Source of the DNA: a virus
Lineage: Duplodnaviria > Caudoviricetes
Strand: one strand, 5' to 3'
Length of the DNA stretch: 60,037 bases
IMG/VR virus record: IMGVR_UViG_3300025652_000072
Coordinates: 1 to 60,037 of that record
Part shown: in pieces, positions 26,882 to 37,472 of the stretch
Numbering within the stretch: position 1 is the stretch's first letter
Layout of the letters: each line of letters opens with the position of its first letter
Position numbers and translations under genes: made by a program
The notes under the pieces: model-generated
What the model saw: the letters and a program-made list of their open reading frames with translations, nothing else
Told to the model about the DNA's origin: nothing
Databases searched by the model: none

Positions 26882-28636
26882 TTAACCTACTAAGCTCCTA
26901 TCAAATTCTCCTAAAGTTGTATAGCCCTCTTGAGGACTTTGGTCACCAAACGGAGCAAACCCACTAAAACCCATGTTATTAGGCAACGGGTCTATCATCT
27001 GAGTAAGAATGTTTGTGCCTGATAATGCCCTAGATTGATCTTGGTTAAAAGGGTTTGTACCAAAAGCAGGGTTTAAATCAGTGCCTCTTGAAGCAGTAAT
27101 TCCTGCATTTATGGTTCCTGCTCCTCCGAAAAGAGCTCCAATAGGTTCAAATTGTTCTGCTATTTCAGGAAGTTGATCCAAAACTTCTCCTAAACTTCCG
27201 AACCCTGTTTGAAATTCAACAGGGTTTCCTGTTCCAGGAATCAAAGCAGGAGCCATACTTCCATCAGGTAAAATAGAACCTGCTTCTGGGTTTATTTGTG
27301 CTGTATCATCATACCGAACAAAAGTAGCTCCTCCAGGACCTATATCATCTTCTTCATATGGCTCACGAGAGCTACCTGAATTAAATCTTGAATTTATGTC
27401 CCTTAATATATTTGCTTCAGATATATCCGCTAAACTAATAGGTCTTCCTCCAATAGTTTTGTATTGCATATTTTGACCATAAGTACCACTACCCATTATT
27501 CCTGTTGGGTCTATATCATACCCGCCTAATTCACCTAAAGCTCTTGTCAGCTCTGGTGTTCCCCCTGCACGGTCATATATAGAAGGTATTTCTCCTAAAT
27601 GTCCTCTGCGTACAAACAACCCTTTTAACGCATTGTCCATTTCTCTAGCAACCATGTCTTCATTGCTATCTCCTGACGTAGCTCCAATAATTCCTCTCCT
27701 GTAAACAGGATTAATTCTACCAAGGATATCATCTATTTGTCTTGTTGTTTGTTGGTATTCTGGTTCATAGTAACCCCCTTGTGGGTTTGTTCCAAAAAAG
27801 GCTGTACTATAAAGGTTTTCTGGGTCATTATATACTCTTCTAGTCCCCTTCAGTAACTCAGCAATAGCTAACATATGTGGGTTTACAGGGTTTGCAAAGA
27901 TACCTGTTTGCTCCATAGGCTCTGTAGGAGCAGGGGTAGGTAGCCTTTTGACTTCATCTAATAACAATGTTTTACCTAATTCAGGAAACCCTGCTATGTC
28001 CCTATTTTCGCGTATGCCAAAATCACGGAAATGTTCCCTAGCTGTATTTTCTACAATTCTTTGAAACTCTGATCCAGGAGCTACTCCTTGCGATTGTGCG
28101 ACTCGAGTAGCGTGAGCTAATATATCTGGGTTTGACCTAAGATATCCTTGTACAACAGAACTTGATTGATATTCATTGTTTGAATTTACCTCACCACCTT
28201 CAGCTAAAGAAACAATGCCACCTTCTGCAAAATTTGGTCCTCCTGCTTCAATTTCATCAATAGGAACAAGACCTACTAACCCTTCCGCAGGTTCTTCTGC
28301 TACTGGTGGGTTATCAATACCATCGCGTTCGTCTTCTAACTCTTTTTTACGCTCTGGGCTTAAACCAAAAGTATCACCTAACCTTGGCTCTAATAAACCA
28401 CCAAGGAACGTTCGCCCACCATACTCTCTGCCTTCACCTTGCCCATGGAAAGCATAATGTAAAGCAGCATCACGTTCAATTTGCCCTTGCATGTTTTGTC
28501 CTGAAAGCCCTCTTGCAGTCGCATTTGCAACAGAAGCATTAAACACATCAGGGTTTGATGCCATGTATCGCAATGCAGGAGGTATATATACCGAACCACC
28601 GTTAGCGAACATTGGTCTGTTTAAAGGGTTAGTCAT
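26882..28636 (-). CDS. Putative virion protein with two NPD(V/I)...G..E(G/N)R repeats
   Basis: Position; repeats; FANGG, FAEGG, LAEGG. Confidence 0.5.
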   Translation of the reverse strand: MTNPLNRPMFANGGSVYIPPALRYMASNPDVFNASVANATARGLSGQNMQGQIERDAALHYAFHGQGEGREYGGRTFLGGLLEPRLGDTFGLSPERKKELEDERDGIDNPPVAEEPAEGLVGLVPIDEIEAGGPNFAEGGIVSLAEGGEVNSNNEYQSSSVVQGYLRSNPDILAHATRVAQSQGVAPGSEFQRIVENTAREHFRDFGIRENRDIAGFPELGKTLLLDEVKRLPTPAPTEPMEQTGIFANPVNPHMLAIAELLKGTRRVYNDPENLYSTAFFGTNPQGGYYEPEYQQTTRQIDDILGRINPVYRRGIIGATSGDSNEDMVAREMDNALKGLFVRRGHLGEIPSIYDRAGGTPELTRALGELGGYDIDPTGIMGSGTYGQNMQYKTIGGRPISLADISEANILRDINSRFNSGSSREPYEEDDIGPGGATFVRYDDTAQINPEAGSILPDGSMAPALIPGTGNPVEFQTGFGSLGEVLDQLPEIAEQFEPIGALFGGAGTINAGITASRGTDLNPAFGTNPFNQDQSRALSGTNILTQMIDPLPNNMGFSGFAPFGDQSPQEGYTTLGEFDRSLVG

Positions 28637-28644
28637 AACCGCTC

Positions 28645-30270
28645 CTAAAATATTTTGCTTGCTGCACCTGCAATGCCTAGACCACTTGCCGCGCCACCGA
28701 CAACTTGGTTAAGTAAAGAAGGATTAGGTGTAGAAGATTGAGATATACTCATCTGTGTAGTGGGTGCGCCTCGTAATATATCACTGTAAAAGCCTAACCG
28801 TTGGTAAGGCTCGTATACTTCGGCTAACTGGTCTTGTTGTTGTGCATCTAATCTTGCTTGCTCTGTTTGGAATCGTTGTCCACCCAACTGGTTCATCATA
28901 CTAATATCATTAGACTGTAGCCCAGATTGTAACTCAGCCATAGCTGCACGTTGCGCGGCTTGCGCTCCTATATCATTAGCAACACTTTGTAACCCTTGCG
29001 CTCCCTGTAAATCAAGTTGCGCTCCTTGCAAACCAACATTTGCTCGTAACTCAGCTTCACTTAAACCTAACCTAGCTGCCTCACTAGCAAGGGAGCCTTG
29101 TTGCGCTGCTTCTCGCAATGCTAATTCTTCTGCACTTAACCCTAACTGTCCTCCCCTAAGAGCAAGGTCTGCAGCCGCTTGTGATGCACTTAATCCTAAT
29201 TGTCCAGAACCCAATGCTCCCTGTTGCGCTAACTGCTCCGCACTTAATTGTGTTCCTGCTCCTGCTTGCCCTAACTGTCCTGTTAACTGTGCTAAGTTTT
29301 GTTGTCTACCTTGCCCTGCTTCAAATGCTTGTTGGGCTTGTGTTAGAGCTTGCCCATAACCTTGTTGCCTGAGTTGTGCAGCAATCCTTGCTTGGGCGTC
29401 TAACAAGTTTCTATCGCGTTCTGCTTGTACAATACCTGCTCGTGAACCACCAAATGCTCCTGCTTGTGCCGCATTTGCATCTTCTTGCAACGCCGCAATA
29501 TCGCTTGCCCTTTTTAAATCAGCTAAACTTCTATCTACAACATTTGTTTCGTATGGGTTAAAAAACTTAGAAACTGTTGCACTAGGGTCAAAAACCCCAC
29601 CTATACCTTCAGCAGTAGGGCTAAAACCTGTTCCTGCTAATGCTGCTATTGCGTCTGTTGCTCTATCCTTACCAAAATCTCCTGCTGCACGAGCTTTTCT
29701 AACAGCCTCTACTTGGGCTAACCTTGCTCGCTCTGCATCAGCAGTACTAGCACGAGTAACCCCTTGGTCTATACCTAGCCGTTGTGCATCTATTGCACTT
29801 AAAGCACCTGTTCCAGCTTGTCCTGGAAGACCAAATATATTTTCACGAGCGTTTCCTGTAGCGGTATTTCCCCTAGCAATAGCACCAAGTATCCCTGTTA
29901 GATCAGCAGCGCTTCCTATGCCCGTTTCAATTCTAGTTCTTGCATTATTTAACAGGGTGTTTCTATCAGCATCTTCATAACCTGCAAGTGCATTTCTATA
30001 AGCGTCTGAAACTTCATTTCCAAGCATATTTGCTGCTTTTTGATTTCCTGCAAAAGCATCTGTTAAAAATGGAGCAAAAGAACCAATAGCCGAACTAGCC
30101 ATTGTCCTTGCTTGGTCTTGGAATGGGTCATATCCTGCGAACTGTGTTTGAGGTAACCCACCAACGGGGGCTGTTTCAGCAAGCCCTTTAGCGGCTCTTA
30201 TTAAACCTAGTTTAAGGGCTTCTACCTCAGGGGCTTCTCTTTGGATAATGGTTTGTTCTTCTACTGCCAT
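28645..30270 (-). CDS. Putative DNA-transfer/pilot (ejection) protein
   Basis: Ala/Gln/Gly-rich; FFNPYE..VV, AGAFGGSR; Gly-rich hydrophobic C-terminus. Confidence 0.6.
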   Translation of the reverse strand: MAVEEQTIIQREAPEVEALKLGLIRAAKGLAETAPVGGLPQTQFAGYDPFQDQARTMASSAIGSFAPFLTDAFAGNQKAANMLGNEVSDAYRNALAGYEDADRNTLLNNARTRIETGIGSAADLTGILGAIARGNTATGNARENIFGLPGQAGTGALSAIDAQRLGIDQGVTRASTADAERARLAQVEAVRKARAAGDFGKDRATDAIAALAGTGFSPTAEGIGGVFDPSATVSKFFNPYETNVVDRSLADLKRASDIAALQEDANAAQAGAFGGSRAGIVQAERDRNLLDAQARIAAQLRQQGYGQALTQAQQAFEAGQGRQQNLAQLTGQLGQAGAGTQLSAEQLAQQGALGSGQLGLSASQAAADLALRGGQLGLSAEELALREAAQQGSLASEAARLGLSEAELRANVGLQGAQLDLQGAQGLQSVANDIGAQAAQRAAMAELQSGLQSNDISMMNQLGGQRFQTEQARLDAQQQDQLAEVYEPYQRLGFYSDILRGAPTTQMSISQSSTPNPSLLNQVVGGAASGLGIAGAASKIF

Positions 30271-30272
30271 GA

Positions 30273-31922
30273 TTATGCCGCCGCTTCGTTTTCAAATTTT
30301 CGCATCATTGCATACATTTTCCTAGCACCTTCTTTACGGTCATTCCCACCTGCTCCTCGTACAGCTTTTGCTGTCATAACAAATTCACCATCACTTAACA
30401 TAGCAGGTATTGAATCACTTGTCCCTGTTCCAGGACCATCTATTTCCCCACCTTGCCTAGCTCGGGTAAACTGCCCTCGTTGGTAGTAAGGGTTGTTACC
30501 GTAAAAGTCCCTAGGATTAAACCCATATTGGAATGTACCAGAGCGGATATCTTCATCTAACAGATCTTGCCCTGTTCTGCCATCACCTAATTTCAACCGT
30601 TCTTGCTCTTCGGGCGGGAATAACGCATCTGCAGCTAGTATTCCTGCTCCACCAACCGCTAATAATGGCCCATACTTAGTTAATACTCCTGCATCCTCAC
30701 CTACTCCAGGACGGTTTGGCGATAAGTAGGTACTAAACAAATCGCCACCTTTATCAATTATATCGCTAATATACGAAGACTCCCCTGTACCCATACTAGG
30801 GCCTTGAGCAATTACTCCTGCTTTTCTAGCAGCATCTGCTACTTCATTTGAAGATAAGTTTCCAGTCGACATTTCCGCTATTGATCCTACATTGTTGTTA
30901 ACCATTTGAGGAGACATAGGAGCTTGGAAATTAGGATTAAACAACTCAGGAGGAGCTCCTGCTAACTGTCCACTTGGCATCGTTTGGTTAAGGGTTACTC
31001 CAGCAGGAGGAGGAGCCATACTTGCCTCAAACCCACTGAGGTTATCAGTACCTGCTCGCATATCTCCAAAACCAGTGCCTGTCCTTGCGGCTGCTTGCCC
31101 TGCTTCAGTCCCTGCAACAATAGGTCCTGCTAATTGATTATTAGCGATTCCTCCTGTACTTGTAGCAAAATCTAAACCAATATCTTCTACACCTAATCCA
31201 GCAAACACTTCCTTTGTAATAGGAGCAACATCAGCTGACACACCAAAAGCAGAACCGCCAAACTCTCCTGTTGCAGTAGCTAGGTTAGGACTTACTGGAG
31301 CAGGAGCTTGACCAAAAAACTCCCCTAGTTTAGAAGTGATACCTGTAGCATCATTTGTAAATCCACTCAAACTACCTGCAGATAAAGCAGAACCAATCCC
31401 TGCCATACCACCTGCAAGAACAGCATTTTTCAATGACGTTTTAAAATCATTACCTGCAATCAAATTACCTGCTAAACTTCCTAACCCTGCGGTAAGAAAC
31501 AACGGTGCAGCAGGTAAAAGAATTGGAGCAATAAGAGGTAGCACAATAGGAGCAACCTTCTTTGCTACATTAATGATTTTTTTACCGACCTTTTTAATTT
31601 TCTTAAATAGCTTTTTGAAAAAGAACTCTGGCTGTCCTGTTACAGGGTTCAAAGAGTTTAACTCATTACCAATAACATAACGCTCTGGCTGTAAACCAAG
31701 CTCTTCCATCTGAGCGTAAATCATTTTTTTAAGTTTAGGGCTACTTTCCAATACTTCCATTGGAAGAACTGTTTCACCTTCAGCGGCATGAACAACGTAA
31801 GTATCGCCATTCCTACCAAACTCAGCAAGTAAATCAGCCGCACCCTTTAGCTGTTGCATACCACCATCAGGGACTAATGGTTGGTCTCTTACCTCATATC
31901 CTAAAGATTCAATTCCTTGCAT
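30273..31922 (-). CDS. Putative internal virion/ejection protein
   Basis: GRNGDT..H...GE, NPVTGQPEF, hydrophobic helices, GPGTGTSDSIPAMLSDGEFV. Confidence 0.6.
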   Translation of the reverse strand: MQGIESLGYEVRDQPLVPDGGMQQLKGAADLLAEFGRNGDTYVVHAAEGETVLPMEVLESSPKLKKMIYAQMEELGLQPERYVIGNELNSLNPVTGQPEFFFKKLFKKIKKVGKKIINVAKKVAPIVLPLIAPILLPAAPLFLTAGLGSLAGNLIAGNDFKTSLKNAVLAGGMAGIGSALSAGSLSGFTNDATGITSKLGEFFGQAPAPVSPNLATATGEFGGSAFGVSADVAPITKEVFAGLGVEDIGLDFATSTGGIANNQLAGPIVAGTEAGQAAARTGTGFGDMRAGTDNLSGFEASMAPPPAGVTLNQTMPSGQLAGAPPELFNPNFQAPMSPQMVNNNVGSIAEMSTGNLSSNEVADAARKAGVIAQGPSMGTGESSYISDIIDKGGDLFSTYLSPNRPGVGEDAGVLTKYGPLLAVGGAGILAADALFPPEEQERLKLGDGRTGQDLLDEDIRSGTFQYGFNPRDFYGNNPYYQRGQFTRARQGGEIDGPGTGTSDSIPAMLSDGEFVMTAKAVRGAGGNDRKEGARKMYAMMRKFENEAAA

Positions 31923-32022
31923 ATTGCGATACCCTATATCGTTTATATCTATGCAGGGAGCGATTCCTGACTACGCTAAAAGAAGCATACAATCAAGATA
32001 AACTTTTCGCAACCTACTTTCA

Positions 32023-32316
32023 TCACACCGTTACCGTAACCGAGCCTACGCCCCCTGTTGCAGAAACACCTCTAACATCAGAATGGTCAATTGTTACTAT
32101 TTTAACAAACCCATCCCTTTGAAAAAGAGCTCCTGTTTCTAAACCAAACCCATCTTGTTGTAACGTAGTAAGGGTTAGGTTCGTATTCCTGCCTTCTCCT
32201 GGACTCAAAAACTGTTGGAGAAATACACTAAACGTTCTGACTACAGTAGCTAAATATTGTTGGTCGTACTCTTTTGGAGCAACAGGAAATTGTGGTGGGG
32301 GTAATATTCTAGCCAT
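32023..32316 (-). CDS. Small virion-associated protein
   Basis: Coupled to the nozzle gene. Confidence 0.55.
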   Translation of the reverse strand: MARILPPPQFPVAPKEYDQQYLATVVRTFSVFLQQFLSPGEGRNTNLTLTTLQQDGFGLETGALFQRDGFVKIVTIDHSDVRGVSATGGVGSVTVTV

Positions 32317-34241
32317 TATCTACGACCATCTGGTCTTACATCTACCCTAGGAGACCCTAACCTCCATCCTGCTGCTGTATCAGAAGACGACACTTTTAAC
32401 GCAAAAGACCTGCCTCTTAAACGAACATGCACTAAATCTGTAAATTGTTCTACGGTAGTAGTTGTTTCTGCAACGGTTTGTGTAATCGTTTTTGGGTTGT
32501 TTTGTGAATACGGGCTTCCAGGACCTTCTCTAGTTTGCAAAGTAAAAGAAGCAGAAGGTGAAGTATTGGTAGAGTTTCTAAACGTAATATCAGGAATCAA
32601 CCGTTGTATAAACGTAAACTGGTCGCCATCACCTATATCAAACTGGCTTGATTCAATATGTGCAGGGAGTGCAGAAGGAGGCTCTGTGCTACCATCATCA
32701 AACCCATTTTCGTGGTCATATACATAATGGTCTGTACCTACACTTACAGGGTATTGCTCTATACCTCTATCTATCCAAGCTGTTCTAGACAACGAACCTG
32801 TATACCAAACTTGTTGTTCATAATTATACACAACATATTTATCATTTTCTGTACTAGCTTCAGAAGGGTAGAACCACCATATTTCAGCAAACGAAGAGTT
32901 TAAACCAGAAACTATTTTCCTGCCTTGATTCCAGTTTAAGTCAGAAAACACATGGTCTCTTACCGAACAGGGCATTCTTTGCACTTGTCCTGTATACATA
33001 TAAAACTCATTTTTACCCATCCAAAAAACAGTATCTTGTACAGAAGTTACTGCTAACGGCCCTGCGATAGTTGTATTATCAGCTACCGTGCTTAACCCAA
33101 AAGTAAACGGAGGCCCTATAAACTGCATGGCATGGACACTAGTATCTGTAAACACAAGAATCTGTTGTCTAGTTTCAACCGCAGTTACAATTTCAGAACC
33201 AACACCTAGTTTTAAATCTCCTGCTGTATTTGTAGCGGTAGAGTTCCACTCTGTTAAACTTCCTTGGTCTGCAAAACGAATAAGCAAAGGGTCTTGTGTA
33301 CCAATATTATCAGCAGGATCACACCCAAATGCAATAACATGTCTATCTACATCTGAAACTAAAACCTGTTTAGCAATAGTAGGAGCTGATGTAGAACCAG
33401 ATAAACTGTTTAGTAAAACAGCTCTATTGTTTGTGCCTCCTGAACGATCCCAATAAGCAATTTGCCCATCTCTTACGTTTATTAACAGGTCTTCACCAAA
33501 ATTATCATGTGTCCATATTCGCAGGTTATTGATACTGATCGCAGTATCTGCATCTGAGTTCCATGTGCCTCTACCCCATGATCCTGCATTCCATCCTGTT
33601 CCTGGAACAGCTACGTCTAAACCAATGTTTACTTGATATGCGGCAACAGTAGAACCCCCACCATTACCTGAATCACTTCCACTAGCTGTTACAAGAGTAG
33701 GGTTTAAACCGCTCGTTGTTGTAATAGATGATATAGAAGTTCCTGCTGTTCTTGCTTGTATAGTAAAAGTAGAAGTAGAAGGAACAGAGGTTATTTGGTA
33801 TTCTTGGTTTAAAACTCCTGCCGTAATATTTCCCCCCAAAGAAGCCGCAGAGGTAAAAGTAACAAAATCGTTTAATACTGCTCCATGATCAATATCTGTA
33901 ACTGTTATTGTAGATGAACCATTAGTAGCCGCAAAAGTAGCTTGCCCTGTAACAGTAGAGCGAACAGGGGTTATATCAAAAAAAGTACCACCGATTAAAA
34001 TGTAATACTTTAAGTGAGTACCTAACCCTATCAACCTAGTATTATCTAATGCTACCCAATTATGTAATGCTCTTCCAGAACCTAAAAAAGCTTCTGTACT
34101 TCTTTTTAGCCAACCCCCTATTTTTTCAGGGTATCCTGCTCTAAAACGCACTTTGTCTGAATCAAACCAACCTCCTTCATTACTATATGAAGTTGTTTCC
34201 TTGTTGATTCCAGGACGAAAAGTTAGTTTGGTCAATGGCAT
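32316..34241 (-). CDS. Tail nozzle / packaged-DNA stabilisation protein
   Basis: FRPGINKE, DKVRFR.G.PEKIGGW, LLIRFADQ, WWFYPS, WRLG.PR; beta-rich; position. Confidence 0.7.
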   Translation of the reverse strand: MPLTKLTFRPGINKETTSYSNEGGWFDSDKVRFRAGYPEKIGGWLKRSTEAFLGSGRALHNWVALDNTRLIGLGTHLKYYILIGGTFFDITPVRSTVTGQATFAATNGSSTITVTDIDHGAVLNDFVTFTSAASLGGNITAGVLNQEYQITSVPSTSTFTIQARTAGTSISSITTTSGLNPTLVTASGSDSGNGGGSTVAAYQVNIGLDVAVPGTGWNAGSWGRGTWNSDADTAISINNLRIWTHDNFGEDLLINVRDGQIAYWDRSGGTNNRAVLLNSLSGSTSAPTIAKQVLVSDVDRHVIAFGCDPADNIGTQDPLLIRFADQGSLTEWNSTATNTAGDLKLGVGSEIVTAVETRQQILVFTDTSVHAMQFIGPPFTFGLSTVADNTTIAGPLAVTSVQDTVFWMGKNEFYMYTGQVQRMPCSVRDHVFSDLNWNQGRKIVSGLNSSFAEIWWFYPSEASTENDKYVVYNYEQQVWYTGSLSRTAWIDRGIEQYPVSVGTDHYVYDHENGFDDGSTEPPSALPAHIESSQFDIGDGDQFTFIQRLIPDITFRNSTNTSPSASFTLQTREGPGSPYSQNNPKTITQTVAETTTTVEQFTDLVHVRLRGRSFALKVSSSDTAAGWRLGSPRVDVRPDGRR

Positions 34242-34255
34242 AAAAACACACCTTT

Positions 34256-35728
34256 CTATCCTTTTACTATAAGTTCTGTTGCAGATATTGCCGTACCAGC
34301 TACTACACTAGGATCATCTGCACTAGTTCCTAATGTACCGTCAGTTTGCACAAAGTATGTCTGACCTGCTGTTAGTGATGTTTGGTCTTTGTTTACTGTT
34401 CCTACTACATCTATTGTAGCTTCTGCTGTATCAGCGTAAGTACCACCAGATGCTATGCCTATGTAGTTTTCTGAGGTTAGGTTGGTAGAAAGATTTGAAG
34501 AACTAAAGACGATACCAGTGCCGTAATTAGAGTTACCACCATCTTTATACGCAATGACTATTTTGTTAGCGTTGGAGTCAAAATCAGTTGATACGTCAAA
34601 ACTACTAGCACTTTCAAAAACTAATGCTGAACTAAAACTTATAGAAGTTCCAGATACTGTACCTTCAATGGCAGTGCCGTACTGACTGTTACCTTGATCT
34701 TGATAAGCAATAACAACTTTATTAGAGTTAGGGTCAAAAGTAGCTGAAGTGTAGATGGTAGCTCCAGTATTATTAAAAACCGTTGGAGAGCCAAAACTTA
34801 TAGATGTACTAGATACGGTTCCTACAATAGCTGTTCCATAGCTAGAGTTACCTTGATCGTCATAAGATATAACTACTTTATTGTTGCTAGAGTCAAAAGT
34901 AGCTGAAGTGTATTCAACTGAAGCACTTTCAAACACAACTGGTGTTCCAAAACTTATAGACGTACTAGATACGGTTCCTACAACGGCAGTGCCATATCTA
35001 GAGTTATCAAAATCTGAATATGTAATAACAACTTTATTGTTGCTAGAGTCAAAAGTAGCTGACCCTGCACTGATAAATTTGCTACTGGCACTTTCAAAAA
35101 CTGCTTCACTCCCAAAACTTATCCCTGTACCACTAACCGTTCCTACAATTGCAGTGCCGTAAGAAGAGTTACCTTGATCTGAATATGCAATAACAACTTT
35201 ATTAGAATTAGAGTCGAAAGTAGCTGATGTGTATTCAGTAGAGCCACTATTAAAAACCGTTGGTGATCCAAAACTTATACCTGTACCACTAACCGTTCCT
35301 ACAATGGCAGTACCATGACTACTATTACCATTATCTCGATAAGAAATAACTATTTTATTGTTGCTAGAGTCGAAAGTAGCTGACGTATAAAAAGTACTGG
35401 CACTTTCAAACACAACTGGTGTTCCAAAACTTATAGATGTATCACTTATTGTTCCTACTACAGCAGTGCCATATCCGCTGTTTCCCCCATCTCGATAAGC
35501 TATAACTACTTTATTAGAATTAGAGTCAAAAGTAGCTGATATGTAAGTGCTACCAGCACTTTCAAAAACCGTTGGAGAGCCAACTGAAGCATCCACTGCA
35601 TTAGCAGTTGAGCTAATCTCACTAACAGTACCAGTGCTATTAACAATTACAGGCTTACCATTTGTAATTGCACCAGATGCAACAGCTTTATATTTACCTG
35701 CTTGTTTCGGGGGAATAAATGCTACCAT
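34256..35728 (-). CDS. Beta-propeller-repeat tail/receptor-binding protein A
   Basis: Tandem ~52-aa repeats FDSxxNKVVIxYxDxGNSxYGTAxVGTVSGTxISFG. Confidence 0.7.
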   Translation of the reverse strand: MVAFIPPKQAGKYKAVASGAITNGKPVIVNSTGTVSEISSTANAVDASVGSPTVFESAGSTYISATFDSNSNKVVIAYRDGGNSGYGTAVVGTISDTSISFGTPVVFESASTFYTSATFDSSNNKIVISYRDNGNSSHGTAIVGTVSGTGISFGSPTVFNSGSTEYTSATFDSNSNKVVIAYSDQGNSSYGTAIVGTVSGTGISFGSEAVFESASSKFISAGSATFDSSNNKVVITYSDFDNSRYGTAVVGTVSSTSISFGTPVVFESASVEYTSATFDSSNNKVVISYDDQGNSSYGTAIVGTVSSTSISFGSPTVFNNTGATIYTSATFDPNSNKVVIAYQDQGNSQYGTAIEGTVSGTSISFSSALVFESASSFDVSTDFDSNANKIVIAYKDGGNSNYGTGIVFSSSNLSTNLTSENYIGIASGGTYADTAEATIDVVGTVNKDQTSLTAGQTYFVQTDGTLGTSADDPSVVAGTAISATELIVKG

Positions 35729-35731
35729 GTC

Positions 35732-37201
35732 TTACCCTTTCACAATCAGTTTAGTTGCAGTTACAGCAGTACCAGCTACGACTGAAGGGCTATCTGCCGA
35801 TGTGCCTATTGTACCATCTGTTTGTACAAAATACTGTTGTCCTGGAGTTAAACTCGTTTGATTTTCATCTACAGTGCCTTTAGTATTTACTGTAACAGGT
35901 TGCCCAGTAGCTACTGTATCTTCTGCAAAGCCTATGAAGTTTTCTGAGGTGAGGTTTGCTGTTGGCCCTGAAGTAAAAGCAACGTACAAACCATAACTAT
36001 TAGAACCACCTCTAAAGCTAAAAAACATTTGATCTGTATCAGGATCATAATCCATTCCGGGATAAACAAACGAAGTTGTTTCAAACTCGTATCCACTGCC
36101 AAAAGTTATTGATGTACCCGATATTGTTCCTTCGTAAGCAAAACCATCATCACCACCAGCAGCAGAAGCATTTCTGCAAATAATTATTGTTTTATTAGTA
36201 TCAGGATTATAATGTGCATCAATTATATTAGTACTTGCATTTTGAAAAACCGTTTCTGATCCAAAACTAATTCCTGTTCCAGAAACCGTTCCTACAATCG
36301 CTGTTCCAACACTTGAATTACCATTATCACAATAAGCTATAACAACTTTATTAGCAGTAGAATCAAAAGCAAGAGTTTGCCATGTTGCTACAGCACTTTG
36401 AAAAACTACCTCTGTTCCAAAACTTATATCTGTACCACTAACCGTTGCGACAACAGCAGTGCCGTAATTACTATTGTTTCCATCATAATATGCAAAAACA
36501 ACTTTATTATTACTACTGTCAAAAACAGATGCACATCCATAAGCAGATGCACCTGCAAATTGCACTGCCGTACCAAATGATATTGACGTTCCGCTAACTG
36601 TACCTACCCTTGCTTTAGAAACATTATTAGTTTGATCATCAGCAGAAACAACTACCTTGTTTGAATTTGAATCAAAAACACAAGTTTCAAAACCTGCTGT
36701 TTGACTGTCACTATATTGAACAGCAGTACCAAAAGTTATACTGTTATCAGAAGGATCAACATTTCCTACAATAGCTTTTGCGTAATTACTATCCCCACCA
36801 TCGTGATAAGCAATTACAACTTTATTACTATTACTATCAAAACAACCTCTTATATTAGTTGAACTATCAAGAGTAGTTACATCACCTTCTTCAAAAATTA
36901 CTGGCGTACCAAAAGATAAAGATGTTCCACTGACTGTTCCAACAATCGCTGTTCCTTTTCCTGAGTTACCTTCATCTCCATATACAATAACTACTCTATC
37001 AGAATTAGTATCATAAATAACATCACTATGCGTTATATTAGCACTTTCAAATACAGCAGGAGTACCTGCATCGGCAGCAACAAATGATGCACTTACAGTA
37101 CCGTCAGTATTTACAATTACAGGCTTACCTCCGGTAATAGCACCAGAGGCTGTACCTTGTGTCTGCCTAGATAGTTGTGGGTTATTACCGACTATACGCA
37201 T
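35732..37201 (-). CDS. Beta-propeller-repeat tail/receptor-binding protein B
   Basis: Same repeats and same N/C caps as proteins A and C. Confidence 0.7.
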   Translation of the reverse strand: MRIVGNNPQLSRQTQGTASGAITGGKPVIVNTDGTVSASFVAADAGTPAVFESANITHSDVIYDTNSDRVVIVYGDEGNSGKGTAIVGTVSGTSLSFGTPVIFEEGDVTTLDSSTNIRGCFDSNSNKVVIAYHDGGDSNYAKAIVGNVDPSDNSITFGTAVQYSDSQTAGFETCVFDSNSNKVVVSADDQTNNVSKARVGTVSGTSISFGTAVQFAGASAYGCASVFDSSNNKVVFAYYDGNNSNYGTAVVATVSGTDISFGTEVVFQSAVATWQTLAFDSTANKVVIAYCDNGNSSVGTAIVGTVSGTGISFGSETVFQNASTNIIDAHYNPDTNKTIIICRNASAAGGDDGFAYEGTISGTSITFGSGYEFETTSFVYPGMDYDPDTDQMFFSFRGGSNSYGLYVAFTSGPTANLTSENFIGFAEDTVATGQPVTVNTKGTVDENQTSLTPGQQYFVQTDGTIGTSADSPSVVAGTAVTATKLIVKG

Positions 37202-37209
37202 AACTGTCC

Positions 37210-37467
37210 TTACTCAGCAGTAGGGTCTACCCAATCAGGGTTATTTGTCCAACTGGTTCCATCAAAAAAATGTTTGTTACCTGACCATCCATCAGGTGCA
37301 GTTACATCTTCATACATTGTTGCATTGCTACTGTTTAAATCAGCAACGTAGAAATCTACTGGATCACTACCTACAGTGATCATGTCGGATCCTATAGTCA
37401 CTGGTTTATCATCATCAAATACATATTTACTTAGTTTAGTTGAGTTTTCTACTATTGTTTTAGCCAT
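37210..37467 (-). CDS. Small tail-associated protein
   Basis: AAGGA RBS; lies between fibre genes. Confidence 0.55.
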   Translation of the reverse strand: MAKTIVENSTKLSKYVFDDDKPVTIGSDMITVGSDPVDFYVADLNSSNATMYEDVTAPDGWSGNKHFFDGTSWTNNPDWVDPTAE

Positions 37468-37472
37468 GTGTA

